This document shows positions 1 to 9,022 of a stretch of DNA of 47,854 nucleotides, piece by piece. Every line of letters starts with the position of its first letter. Position 1 is the first letter of the stretch. The DNA is from a virus (taxonomy: Duplodnaviria; Caudoviricetes), in the IMG/VR virus record IMGVR_UViG_3300033076_000881, positions 1 through 47,854 of that record; one strand, written 5' to 3'. Below the pieces are notes generated by a model. It was not told the DNA's origin. It saw nothing but the letters and a program-made list of their open reading frames with translations, and did not search any database. Made by a program: the position numbers and the translations under genes.

Positions 1-370
1 CGGCCTGGCCGTGCGCGACTGGCGCTACGCCGTCCGCATCTGCAACATCGACGTGACGCTGCTCGGCGGCGGCTCGGCGGCCAACCTGATCAACGCGCTC
101 GTCTCGGCCTGCCACCGCGTCCCGGTGGCCCCGAACGGTGCGCGCATCCAGACCATGCCGACCGACCCGAGCGGCATCGTCACGATGGCCCCGCGCTGGG
201 GCATCTACTGCAACCGCGTCGTCGCCTCGGCTCTTGACCGCCAGGCGATGAACAAGACCAACGTGCTCCTCTCCATGACCGAGTGGAACGGGCACCCGAT
301 CACGACGTTCCGTGGGATCCCCATCCGCGTCGTGGACAAGCTGCTCTCCACCGAGGCGCGCATCACCTGA
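1..370 (+). CDS. Major capsid protein, C-terminal part (continues from 47181-47854 across the window junction)
   Basis: The last two bases TG plus base 1 (C) form a Cys codon, giving HFKWECGLAVRDWRYAVRICNID. This motif and the FRGIPIRVVDKLLSTEARI end are typical of BPP-1 Bbp17/epsilon15 gp7-like capsids. Confidence 0.92.
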   Translation, partial: GLAVRDWRYAVRICNIDVTLLGGGSAANLINALVSACHRVPVAPNGARIQTMPTDPSGIVTMAPRWGIYCNRVVASALDRQAMNKTNVLLSMTEWNGHPITTFRGIPIRVVDKLLSTEARIT

Positions 371-376
371 TCGTCG

Positions 377-398
377 GGGGCGGCCCGAAGGCCGCCCC
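377..398 (+). terminator. GC-rich hairpin after the capsid gene (attenuator or mRNA-stabilising stem)
   Basis: GGGGCGGCC-CGAA-GGCCGCCCC perfect 9-bp stem. There is no U-tract, so it is not a canonical intrinsic terminator. Confidence 0.5.
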
Positions 399-430
399 TA
401 CCGCAACCGCTTGCAGAGGGGCACTTCCTC

Positions 431-877
431 ATGATCATGGACAGCACCCTGCTGTTCGACAGCGCGGTGGCGATCACCACCACGCGCGTCAGCACCAACG
501 TCATCTCCCTGGTCAACGCCCGGGACATCGGCATCGGCAACCCCGTGAAGCTGGCCATCGTGACGGACGGCCTGTTCGCCGCGGCCGGCGCGGGCACGCT
601 GACGATCACCGTGCAGACCTCGGTGGACAACAGCACCTTCACCGACCAGCTTTCGAGCATCGCCTTCTCGATCGCGCAGCTCAACGCCTCGGGCTTCCTG
701 CTCGGCATCGACTGGCCGCGTCTCGTCGCCGCCAGCATGTCGCTGCCGAAGTACCTGCGCCTGAACTACACCGTGGCCACCGGGCCGTTCACCGCCGGCG
801 TCATCACGGCCGGGCTGGTGATCGACCGCGGCGACATGGTGTACTACCCGGCTGGGTACACCACGACCTACGTCTGA
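431..877 (+). CDS. Capsid cement/decoration protein (Bbp16-like)
   Basis: 148 aa directly after the capsid gene. MIMDSTLLF start, STNVI..RDIG.G and KYLRLNYTVATGPFTAG match this jelly-roll family. Confidence 0.75.
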   Translation: MIMDSTLLFDSAVAITTTRVSTNVISLVNARDIGIGNPVKLAIVTDGLFAAAGAGTLTITVQTSVDNSTFTDQLSSIAFSIAQLNASGFLLGIDWPRLVAASMSLPKYLRLNYTVATGPFTAGVITAGLVIDRGDMVYYPAGYTTTYV

Positions 878-935
878 GCGGCTGCAGGCGCCCCCGCCTG
901 CATCTCGCGCACCCTGATCGAACCAGGAGACTGCA

Positions 936-1379
936 ATGGTTGACGCACCGTGGCCTGCCGCCAAGTACCGCCTGCTGGATCGCGCCTACATGGGCATGTT
1001 CCCAGGCGACGAGCCCCGCATCGTCGAGGCTGGCGCCGAGGTGATCTGGGACGGCAAGCCCGGCCCGCACATGGAGGCGCTGGACGATGAGGGTCGGGCC
1101 GCCAAGGAGCGGGCCGGCATTCAGCGTCTCGATTTCACCAGCGTGGCGCCGATGACGGTCGGCGACGAGCAGGATCTCCTGGTCGAGCGCGCGGCCGCGG
1201 CGGCGTCCGCCGGCGTCATCGCGGCGCTGAGCCAGGCTGGCCTGCTCGCCGGCGGGGTGCAGCTTCCGGCCGGTGCCGGACAGCACCTCGCCACGATGGC
1301 CGCCACCGCGGTGCCGGCCGCCGCCATCACCGCGCCGCCCGCGCCGCCTCTGCCGCCGAAGGCGCCCAAGGCGGCCTGA
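936..1379 (+). CDS. Hypothetical virion-module protein with Ala/Pro-rich tail
   Basis: AGGAG RBS, 147 aa, TGATG coupling to the next gene. Confidence 0.7.
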   Translation: MVDAPWPAAKYRLLDRAYMGMFPGDEPRIVEAGAEVIWDGKPGPHMEALDDEGRAAKERAGIQRLDFTSVAPMTVGDEQDLLVERAAAAASAGVIAALSQAGLLAGGVQLPAGAGQHLATMAATAVPAAAITAPPAPPLPPKAPKAA

Positions 1380-1570
1380 TGTCCATCGCGGTCCCACAGC
1401 CCGATGGCAGCGTGGTGCAGATTGAGGGAACGACCACGGCTGGGGTGACGACGATCGCCATCACCAACGCCGCGGCCGACACCTTCGTGCTGCTGCCGCA
1501 GCCTGACGGTTCCTGGGCCAAGGTCGCAGCCAAGGCAGGATCCGGCACCGTAATCCTCTGCGTGAGGTAG
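1379..1570 (+). CDS. Small fibre-associated protein with two PQPDGS motifs
   Basis: 63 aa, coupled start, motif shared with the N-terminus of the next gene. Confidence 0.65.
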   Translation: MSIAVPQPDGSVVQIEGTTTAGVTTIAITNAAADTFVLLPQPDGSWAKVAAKAGSGTVILCVR

Positions 1571-1574
1571 CTCG

Positions 1575-2210
1575 ATGGCCGCTTCCTTCATTCTCCTGCA
1601 GCAGCCGGACGGCTCCTGGGCCAAGGCGCTCACCGACCTGTCCGGCGGTGTGCACACGCTGGTCGTCACCGGCAGCGGAGGCGGCGGCATCGGCACTGTC
1701 ACCAGTGTGGCGCTGTCCGGCGGCACGACCGGCCTGACGGTCAGCGGCAGCCCAATCACGACATCCGGCACGATCACCCTGGCCGGCACCCTGGCTGTCG
1801 CCAACGGCGGCACCGGCGGCATCACCGCGACGGCTGCGCGCACCAACCTAGAACTGACCAAGGTTCGGATTGGTGTGCCCGTGAACGGCGTGCCGACTGC
1901 GAGCGCCACCCTGATGTGCATCGTGCCGCAGTACCCGGTCGATGTTGACCTCAATGTGGCTGGCGCCTGGCAGGTGACCAGCCTTGCCAACGTCGTGAAT
2001 GCGACGGCGAGCACGACGTACTCGGTGAACAAGAACGGCGTCCAGCAGGGCACGATCGTCATCGCGGCCGGCACGAACACCGCGACGATCTCCGCTGCTG
2101 GCAGCTTTTCGCTCAACGGCACGACGGATGTGCTGACCATCACGGCGCCAGCATCGCCCGACGCCACGCACGCCAACTTTTCCATTCAAGCCCTTCTGAC
2201 GAGGACCTGA
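1575..2210 (+). CDS. Fibre shaft/adaptor protein (possible head fibre)
   Basis: GAGG RBS; GTVTSV..SGGTTGL..SG.PITTSGTITL.GTL.VANGGTG..TA..ARTNL fibre repeat; beta-rich C-terminal domain. Confidence 0.7.
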   Translation: MAASFILLQQPDGSWAKALTDLSGGVHTLVVTGSGGGGIGTVTSVALSGGTTGLTVSGSPITTSGTITLAGTLAVANGGTGGITATAARTNLELTKVRIGVPVNGVPTASATLMCIVPQYPVDVDLNVAGAWQVTSLANVVNATASTTYSVNKNGVQQGTIVIAAGTNTATISAAGSFSLNGTTDVLTITAPASPDATHANFSIQALLTRT

Positions 2211-2214
2211 GCAC

Positions 2215-2685
2215 ATGGCAGCCTCGAACTTCTCCTGGGCCGCGCCCGGGTCTTGGACCAACTGCTTCGGAGCGAGCGATCTCAACTCGCTGGCGAACAT
2301 CACGACCGTGTTCAGCACCGGCAGCACGTTGGACACCACGACCACGCGCGAGCTCTACGTGCAGTTCGAGTTCACGGGCGGCTCGATCTCTCCGACTGCG
2401 CCGGCCGATGTCGTGATCTTCTGCCTGCCGCGCACCTCAGACGGTTCTACCTATGTGGACGGCGAGGCCAGTGGCACGGCGGCCAATCAGCCGATATGGA
2501 TGCAGGTTCCGCACGCGGTTATCGGCCTGCGCGGGAAGGCCACCAGCACGCAGCTAGAAATGTCGATGCCGGTCCTGTTGTTCCCGAACGTTTACAAGTT
2601 CGGGCTGCTGAACCGGGCCGGCGTGTCGCTGGCGGCGTCCGGCAATCAGGTCAAGTACCGGCTGCTGACCCAGGCTGTGGGCTGA
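2215..2685 (+). CDS. Putative virion fibre-tip protein
   Basis: 156 aa, GAGGA RBS, beta-rich, lies in the fibre cluster. Confidence 0.6.
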   Translation: MAASNFSWAAPGSWTNCFGASDLNSLANITTVFSTGSTLDTTTTRELYVQFEFTGGSISPTAPADVVIFCLPRTSDGSTYVDGEASGTAANQPIWMQVPHAVIGLRGKATSTQLEMSMPVLLFPNVYKFGLLNRAGVSLAASGNQVKYRLLTQAVG

Positions 2686-2688
2686 CCC

Positions 2689-3633
2689 GTGGCGGCGCCT
2701 ATCCTTCCGACGCAGGCGGCAGGACGCGCTGGCATCAACCAGCCCGGCCGGCCGGCCGCGCGCAGCAACGGTCCTTCGGCGGCAATCCGCGGGCTGATGG
2801 CGCTCTATTCGCCGCTCGCGCCGCGCCTGGCCGCGACCCGCACCAACGGCGGCACGTCACTGACCGACATTGAGAACCTGGCGCCGTTCGACGGGCCAAG
2901 CGGCAACAACCGCCGGTTCTGGATTGGCAGTAACTCTGGTGCTGGCAACGCGGTCAACACCCTCTCCGACATCTACGGGCCGTATTGGGAGATCGGGTCA
3001 ACCAATGTCCGGGCTCGGCTGCTGAACGGGCAGTCCGCGCTGATGCCGTGGGCGCCAGCTGGCGGCTACATGGCTGGCGCCCTCGGTGCGGTCGTCATGC
3101 CGACCTCCACACCGAGCGGCGCCGGGTGCGTGATCTGCTTCTCGGGCGACACGGCGGGCAGCAACGGCAATTTCGAGCTCGGCATCACCACGTCTGGCGG
3201 CACGCGAGCCTACGGCAACATCTACACAGGCACGACGACTGCAAGCCTAACCAGCCCGTCTAACCTGACGAACGGCAACCCGCACGCGATCATCTTCACC
3301 ACCCGCGCGAACAACGACCACGAGCTTGTCGTGCGGGATTTGGTCACTGGCGTCACATCAAGCACGACCAGCACGACCAACGCAGGCACCACGGCCAACA
3401 CGCCGCCTTACTACCAGATGTTCTTTCGCACGGGTGGTGGCGATTTGAACTTGCTGGCGAATGCGCGCGTGTACCAGACCATGTTTTGGTCCGGCGGCAA
3501 GACGCAGGCCGAGATGTACGAGATCGTCCGCGCGCCGCTGTCCATCGTCGCCCCAGCCGCCTTTCCGATGCCGCTCTCGATGGCTCTCGCTTCGTCGGCG
3601 ATCGGCATCTACACCCCGGCGATCATATCATGA
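2689..3633 (+). CDS. Putative receptor-binding protein, concanavalin A/LamG-like
   Basis: 314 aa, Gly/Thr/Asn-rich beta pattern (LTNGNPHAIIFT; FWSGGKTQAEMYEI resembles a LamG C-terminus). Ends in an ATGA overlap. Confidence 0.5.
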   Translation: MAAPILPTQAAGRAGINQPGRPAARSNGPSAAIRGLMALYSPLAPRLAATRTNGGTSLTDIENLAPFDGPSGNNRRFWIGSNSGAGNAVNTLSDIYGPYWEIGSTNVRARLLNGQSALMPWAPAGGYMAGALGAVVMPTSTPSGAGCVICFSGDTAGSNGNFELGITTSGGTRAYGNIYTGTTTASLTSPSNLTNGNPHAIIFTTRANNDHELVVRDLVTGVTSSTTSTTNAGTTANTPPYYQMFFRTGGGDLNLLANARVYQTMFWSGGKTQAEMYEIVRAPLSIVAPAAFPMPLSMALASSAIGIYTPAIIS

Positions 3634-4421
3634 CCGCAGCCAGCCACACTGACATCGCCAATCGGGCGTTGATCGCGGTGGCCGCTCGCGCCACCATCAC
3701 CGACTTCGAACTCGAGAACAGCCCCGAGGCGAAACTGATGCGTGCGCTGTTCGAGCCGACGCGCGACGCGCTCCTGCGCGCGGCCAACTGGAACTTCTCC
3801 ACCAAGACGGCGTACCTGTCTCTGCTACGTTCGGCGCCCGGCACTCCCGAGAACCCTGACAACTCGTCCACGGTCTGGGATCCCGACACGATGCCGCCGC
3901 CGCCCTGGCTGTACGAGTACCTGTACCCGTCCGACTGCATCAGGATGCGCTACATTCCGGCGGGCATCTGGGCCGGCAACACGGCCGCGCAGATTTTCCC
4001 CTACGGGTCGTACACCCCGAACATGCCGGGGCCAAACAACGCCGTCCGCTTCGAGGTGCGCACCAGCACCGACAGCAATGGCGATCAGGCCAACACGATC
4101 GTCACCAACGCCGACAGGGCGCTCGCCGTGTACACCAAGCGCGTCGAGAACTCGGCGCTCTGGGATCCTTCTTTCCAGGAAGCGATGGTGTTCTCGCTGG
4201 CCGTGCGGGTCTGCCTGCAGGTGAATGGCAGCAGTGAGATGCTGGCGCAGGTGAAGGCCAACGCCAAGTCGCTGGTCGAAGCGGCCCGCGCCAACGACGG
4301 CAACGAGGGGTTGTCGAAGCTGGACCACACGCCGGACTGGATCAGGGCTAGGGGGCCGGGTGCTGTGCCGATGTCGGCGCCGTTCATCCTGCCCTGGCTC
4401 GATCCGTTCTTCCTCGTCTGA
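3630..4421 (+). CDS. Tail adaptor / tail tubular protein A-like
   Basis: ATG 3630 overlaps the upstream stop. DIANRAL, RDALLRAANWNF, YEYLYPSDCIR and WDPSFQEA motifs; precedes the nozzle gene. Confidence 0.8.
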   Translation: MTAASHTDIANRALIAVAARATITDFELENSPEAKLMRALFEPTRDALLRAANWNFSTKTAYLSLLRSAPGTPENPDNSSTVWDPDTMPPPPWLYEYLYPSDCIRMRYIPAGIWAGNTAAQIFPYGSYTPNMPGPNNAVRFEVRTSTDSNGDQANTIVTNADRALAVYTKRVENSALWDPSFQEAMVFSLAVRVCLQVNGSSEMLAQVKANAKSLVEAARANDGNEGLSKLDHTPDWIRARGPGAVPMSAPFILPWLDPFFLV

Positions 4422-4428
4422 GGGTTCC

Positions 4429-7400
4429 ATGCCTGTTCTCGACCTGATCAAGACGAGTTTCGCCGCCGGGGAACTCGCCGAGGGTCTGGCGGGCCGCGTC
4501 GATCTCGCCAAGTACGCTGTCGGCGCGTCCACGATGCGCAACTTCTACGTCGATGCCCGCGGCGGCGCATCGACGCGGCCAGGGCTGGCGCACGTCGGCC
4601 GCTGCCGCATCGTCACCGACTACCCGGCGCCGCGCCTGATCCCCTTCGTGTTCTCGTCAGACCAGGCGTATGTGCTGGAACTGAACGGGTCGAAGATGCG
4701 GGTGATCGAGGAAGGCGCGTACGTCACCACAGCCGTCACCAATCCGATCACCGCCGTCACCACCGGCGCCACCACTGTCATCACCAGCAACGCACACGGC
4801 CTGGCAGTCGGCGACTTTGTGGTGATCACTGGTGTGGTTGGCTGCCTGCGCACGAATGGGATCAGCGGCCTGAATGGTCGCACCTTCTACGTCGCTGCGG
4901 TCACGACCAACACCTTCACTGTCGAGGATTACGGCCCGACCGGCGGCGCGGACTACGTGGCTGTCGTCAGCACGACGTGGACCGCCTGGACCTCTGGCGG
5001 CACGGTGCGCAAGATTTACGAGATCAGCACACCGTGGGCCGGCACCGACCTGTTCACGCTGAACTATGCGCAGCAGGCTGACATTCTGACCGTCACCAGC
5101 ACCAACTATCCGGTGTACGAGATCCGCCGGTCGAGTTCGACGAGTTGGACTATCGCGCAGGTGTCGTTCGGCAGCACCGTGGCTGCGCCTACCGGACTTG
5201 GCGTCATCCCGGCCTTCAACAACCCAGCGGTGCAGCAATACCAGTTCTCCTATTGCGTGACCGCGGTGGACGACAGCGGGCGCGAGAGCACGCCATCCGA
5301 GGTGGTGAGCTGCATCAACTCTGCGCTGAACCAGAGCGCCACGCCGAATATCTACAACCTGCTGCAGTGGCCGGCGGTGTCTGGCGCCTTCAAGTACCGC
5401 ATCTACAAGGCCAACCCGCTCACCTCGGATCAGGCGAACAGTGACCCCAAGGTGTTCGGTCTGGTCGGACAGTCCTACTCCAACCAGTTCCAGGATCTGA
5501 ACTACGCCGCTGAGTTCGACCAAGGGCCGCCTTCGACGCGCAACCCGTTCCTTGATGGCGCCCTGGCTTCGGCGACCATCACCGCGGGGGGTAGTGGTTA
5601 TGTCAGCCCGTACGGCGTGATCAGCGGCACGGGTTCGGGCGCCTCGATCTCGCTTGGGTCCGACCTGTCGGCATCGGCGTCGCCCTACGGCGAGATCACG
5701 GTGGCGAACATCGTGGCCGGCGGCACGGGCTTCACCGGCACACCAACCCTGGCGGTGTTCGATGGTGCGCCTCTCGGCAGCGGCCTGACGCTGGCGTTCT
5801 CCGGTTCCTGGGTGGCCAATCCGCTCGGCACCGGCTTCGTGCCTGCGCCGGGCAGCATCACCATCTCGTCTGGCGGCTTCAACTACCACCACGGCACATA
5901 CACCAACTTCATCACGGCCACCGCTGGCAATCAGGTTGGCACGAACGTGTTGCAGATCGACGTGACGCAGGTGGTCGGCGGCGTCATCACGGCGATCTCC
6001 TGGGCCAACACCGACATCACGCCGACCGCGACGACTGGCCTGTCCAGCACCGGCGCGGCCGACACGATTGCCTTCGCCTACGGCACCGACACCGCCGGCG
6101 CCGGCGGCGCGACCATCACCCTGGCCATTGGCGGCACGACCAACCCGGCTTGTGTCGGCTTCCTCGAGCAGCGCCGCGTGTTCGCCGGCAGCCTGTCCAA
6201 CCCATCGTCGTTCAATATGTCAACGGTCGGGCAGCTTTCGAACTTCGACGTGCACGATCCAATCCAGGACGACGACGCGATCAGCGCCACGATCTACACC
6301 AACGAGGTGAACCTGATCCACTCGTTGGTGTCGGTGAACAACGGGCTCATGGCGCTCACCAGCGGTGGCGCGTACTTGATCAAGTCGTCCGGCGACGGCG
6401 CCGTGACGCCGAGCACTGTCAAGGCGACGAGCCAGGCGTTCACCGGGGCGCAGGTGCATCTTCCGCCGCTGCGGGTGGGCGACCAGATCCTCTATGCGCA
6501 GAGCCGCGGTTCGGCTGTCCGCACGCTGGAATACGACGTGTACAGCAACAGCTTCACCGGCAAGGACGTGTCGGTGCTGTCGTCACACCTCCTGCGCAAC
6601 CGCCGCATCGTGCAGTGGGCTTGGGCAGAAGAACCCTACAAGCTGGTCTGGGCTGTCCGTGATGACGGCGTGCTGCTCTCCTGCACCTTCATGAAGGAGC
6701 AGGAGGTGTACGGCTGGGCTCGGCACGACACGATGGGCCTGTTCGTCTCTGTCGCCTCCGTCCCCGAGGGGAAGGAGAACTCCGTGTACTTCGTGGTGCA
6801 GCGGTATCGGGAAGGCTACCCGATGCAGTACCACGTCGAGCGCATGGCCAGCCGCACGCTGGGCGCCAACCCTGCCCTGGCGATCAAGGCCAGCAGCGAG
6901 GAAGCGTACTTCGTGGATGGTGGCGCGCAGTACCCGTTGACCTATCCGGCTTCGGCGCTGTCCGGCGGCGAGGCTGACGGGCTGGGCGAGATTTACGACA
7001 TCGACATCATCACCGGCGGCTCGGGCTACACGGCCCCGACGTGCTACGTGCGCGACCCGACCGGCACGGGCGCCGAGGTGACCCTGACGCTGACCGCCGA
7101 TGTGATCACCGGGTTCACGATCGTCGATCCTGGCTCTGGCTACACGGCGCCTGAGATCGTCATCGAGGACGCCACCGGCGCCGGCGCGCGGCTGCAGGCC
7201 ACCTACGTCAACCGCTTCTTGCTGAACAGCGAGGCGGGCAGCCTGTTTTCGTCGGGCGACGTTGGCAAGATTGTCAGGGTGCGCGGGGGCCGCGGCACGG
7301 TGCTGTCGGCGCCTGCTGGCGACCAGATCGAGGTGGACTTCGACGTGCTGCCCGCCGGGCTGCAGAACCTTCCCGGCATCGTGCTGCCCCGTGTGCCTGC

Positions 7401-7956
7401 TGACGAGTGGTCGATGACGACGCCGGTCGGGATCATCGGCGGCCTAGATCACCTGAATGGCGCCACGGTGCAGATCCTTGCGGACGGCAACGTGCTGGCG
7501 CCTCAGGTCGTGTCGGACGGCTGCATCGACCTTGGTGTGGACGCCACACGCATCACGGCCGGGCAGGGTTACACCTGCCAGCTTCGCCCGATGCGGATCG
7601 AGACGAAGCAGCCGACGAGCCAGGCGTCGAAGCGGCTTGTGCCGAACGCCTACCTGCGCGTGGAGGAAACCCGCGGCCTGTGGATCGGGCCGACGTGGGA
7701 CAACATGCGCGAGATCAAGATGGAGAACATCGTCGCGGGCGGCAGCATCGAGATGCAGGCTGGTGGCCAGATCCTCGACCCTACGTACGACGACGCGCCC
7801 ATTGCCGTGGTGCCGCTCTCGACGCCGGACCAATACGCCATCATGCCCAACGATTGGAATGACGACTGCGCGCCGTGCATCATGCAGTCGTATCCACTGC
7901 CGGCGTCTGTCCTGGCGCTGATCATCAACGTCGTGAATGGGGATGATCTGAGGTGA
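4429..7956 (+). CDS. Tail nozzle / tail tubular protein B-like, enlarged by insertions
   Basis: SFAAGEL..GRVDLAKY, RLIPFVFS, FLEQRRVFAG and EQEVYGWARHDT motifs; 1175 aa. Confidence 0.88.
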   Translation: MPVLDLIKTSFAAGELAEGLAGRVDLAKYAVGASTMRNFYVDARGGASTRPGLAHVGRCRIVTDYPAPRLIPFVFSSDQAYVLELNGSKMRVIEEGAYVTTAVTNPITAVTTGATTVITSNAHGLAVGDFVVITGVVGCLRTNGISGLNGRTFYVAAVTTNTFTVEDYGPTGGADYVAVVSTTWTAWTSGGTVRKIYEISTPWAGTDLFTLNYAQQADILTVTSTNYPVYEIRRSSSTSWTIAQVSFGSTVAAPTGLGVIPAFNNPAVQQYQFSYCVTAVDDSGRESTPSEVVSCINSALNQSATPNIYNLLQWPAVSGAFKYRIYKANPLTSDQANSDPKVFGLVGQSYSNQFQDLNYAAEFDQGPPSTRNPFLDGALASATITAGGSGYVSPYGVISGTGSGASISLGSDLSASASPYGEITVANIVAGGTGFTGTPTLAVFDGAPLGSGLTLAFSGSWVANPLGTGFVPAPGSITISSGGFNYHHGTYTNFITATAGNQVGTNVLQIDVTQVVGGVITAISWANTDITPTATTGLSSTGAADTIAFAYGTDTAGAGGATITLAIGGTTNPACVGFLEQRRVFAGSLSNPSSFNMSTVGQLSNFDVHDPIQDDDAISATIYTNEVNLIHSLVSVNNGLMALTSGGAYLIKSSGDGAVTPSTVKATSQAFTGAQVHLPPLRVGDQILYAQSRGSAVRTLEYDVYSNSFTGKDVSVLSSHLLRNRRIVQWAWAEEPYKLVWAVRDDGVLLSCTFMKEQEVYGWARHDTMGLFVSVASVPEGKENSVYFVVQRYREGYPMQYHVERMASRTLGANPALAIKASSEEAYFVDGGAQYPLTYPASALSGGEADGLGEIYDIDIITGGSGYTAPTCYVRDPTGTGAEVTLTLTADVITGFTIVDPGSGYTAPEIVIEDATGAGARLQATYVNRFLLNSEAGSLFSSGDVGKIVRVRGGRGTVLSAPAGDQIEVDFDVLPAGLQNLPGIVLPRVPADEWSMTTPVGIIGGLDHLNGATVQILADGNVLAPQVVSDGCIDLGVDATRITAGQGYTCQLRPMRIETKQPTSQASKRLVPNAYLRVEETRGLWIGPTWDNMREIKMENIVAGGSIEMQAGGQILDPTYDDAPIAVVPLSTPDQYAIMPNDWNDDCAPCIMQSYPLPASVLALIINVVNGDDLR

Positions 7957-8411
7957 GCCAGGTTGTCGTCGTCCCCACCGAGCCGGTGCACGCGGAGTTC
8001 GTCGCCGCCTACATGCGGCGCGAGGATGCCGCCGAGTGCCAGGCGATGGGGATGACGCCACGGGAAGCCATCGTGCAGGCTGTCAACGCCAGCATGATCG
8101 CCGAGACTGCGCTGGTGCTCGGCACCCCGGCGGCGTGCTGGGGGTTGGTGCCCGGCACGTTCCTCGGCGGCAGCGCGGCCGTGTGGATGCTGACGACTGA
8201 CGAAGCGCGGCGGCATCCGAAGGCGCTGCTCAGGCTGTCCAGGCAGTTCGTCCAGGAGTGCTTGACGCTCTATTCGACGCTGGAATGCTTGACTGATCTC
8301 AGGTATCACCAGGCAGTCCGCTGGGTTCAATGGCTCGGGTTCCGCGAAACGCACATCGTGCCAAGCAGGGACGCAGCGATGCGCAGGTTCGAGATCACGC
8401 GAGAGGACTAG
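7953..8411 (+). CDS. T7 gp13-like virion assembly protein (GNAT-like fold)
   Basis: 152 aa after the nozzle gene; MRREDAAEC, VWML.T and AVRWVQWLGF pattern. Confidence 0.7.
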   Translation: MSQVVVVPTEPVHAEFVAAYMRREDAAECQAMGMTPREAIVQAVNASMIAETALVLGTPAACWGLVPGTFLGGSAAVWMLTTDEARRHPKALLRLSRQFVQECLTLYSTLECLTDLRYHQAVRWVQWLGFRETHIVPSRDAAMRRFEITRED

Positions 8412-8414
8412 CAG

Positions 8415-9011
8415 ATGGGTCCGGTACTCCCGATCGTCGCAGTTGCCGCCACGGTGGTCGGCGCCGGCATTTCGGCCGTGTCGAGCATCCAGCAAGGCAA
8501 GGCTGCCAAGCAGCAGGCGAACTACCAGGCGCAGATCGCCGAGATGAACCAGCAGCAGGCGCTCAAGAACGCCCAGCTTTCGACGCTGAATGCAGGCTAC
8601 GCCGAGGACGCCGCGGCGAAGAAGGCCGACGACGAGGCTCGTCAGATCCGGGCGATGGCCGGCGCGCAGCGCGCCTCCCTGGCAGCGAACGGGCTGTTGG
8701 TGGATGAGGGCAGCGGCGCGGAACTCGTCGCCGCCACCCAAGGGCTTGGTGCCGCCCGCATTGCCGAGACGCGGCGCGGCGGCGCCCGCACGGCGACCGG
8801 CTACCGCATCCAGGCCGAGAACAGCGTGTTGGATGCCGGGGCCGCCGACATGCGGGCCGACGCCTACCGCGCCAGCGGCAAGGCTGCGCAGACTGCCGGC
8901 ATCCTCGGCGCGGCCGGGTCGATCATCGGTGGGGCGTCGAAGGTCGCCGGGCAGTATAGCGATATGTCGCGCAGCGGGGTTGCGATGACGCCGCCCGCCA
9001 TCTTCGCCTGA
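8415..9011 (+). CDS. Small internal virion (ejection) protein, gp14-like
   Basis: Hydrophobic N-terminus, Ala/Gln-rich helix, QRASLAANG...GS motif, synteny. Confidence 0.75.
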   Translation: MGPVLPIVAVAATVVGAGISAVSSIQQGKAAKQQANYQAQIAEMNQQQALKNAQLSTLNAGYAEDAAAKKADDEARQIRAMAGAQRASLAANGLLVDEGSGAELVAATQGLGAARIAETRRGGARTATGYRIQAENSVLDAGAADMRADAYRASGKAAQTAGILGAAGSIIGGASKVAGQYSDMSRSGVAMTPPAIFA

Positions 9012-9022
9012 TCGGACCCAGC

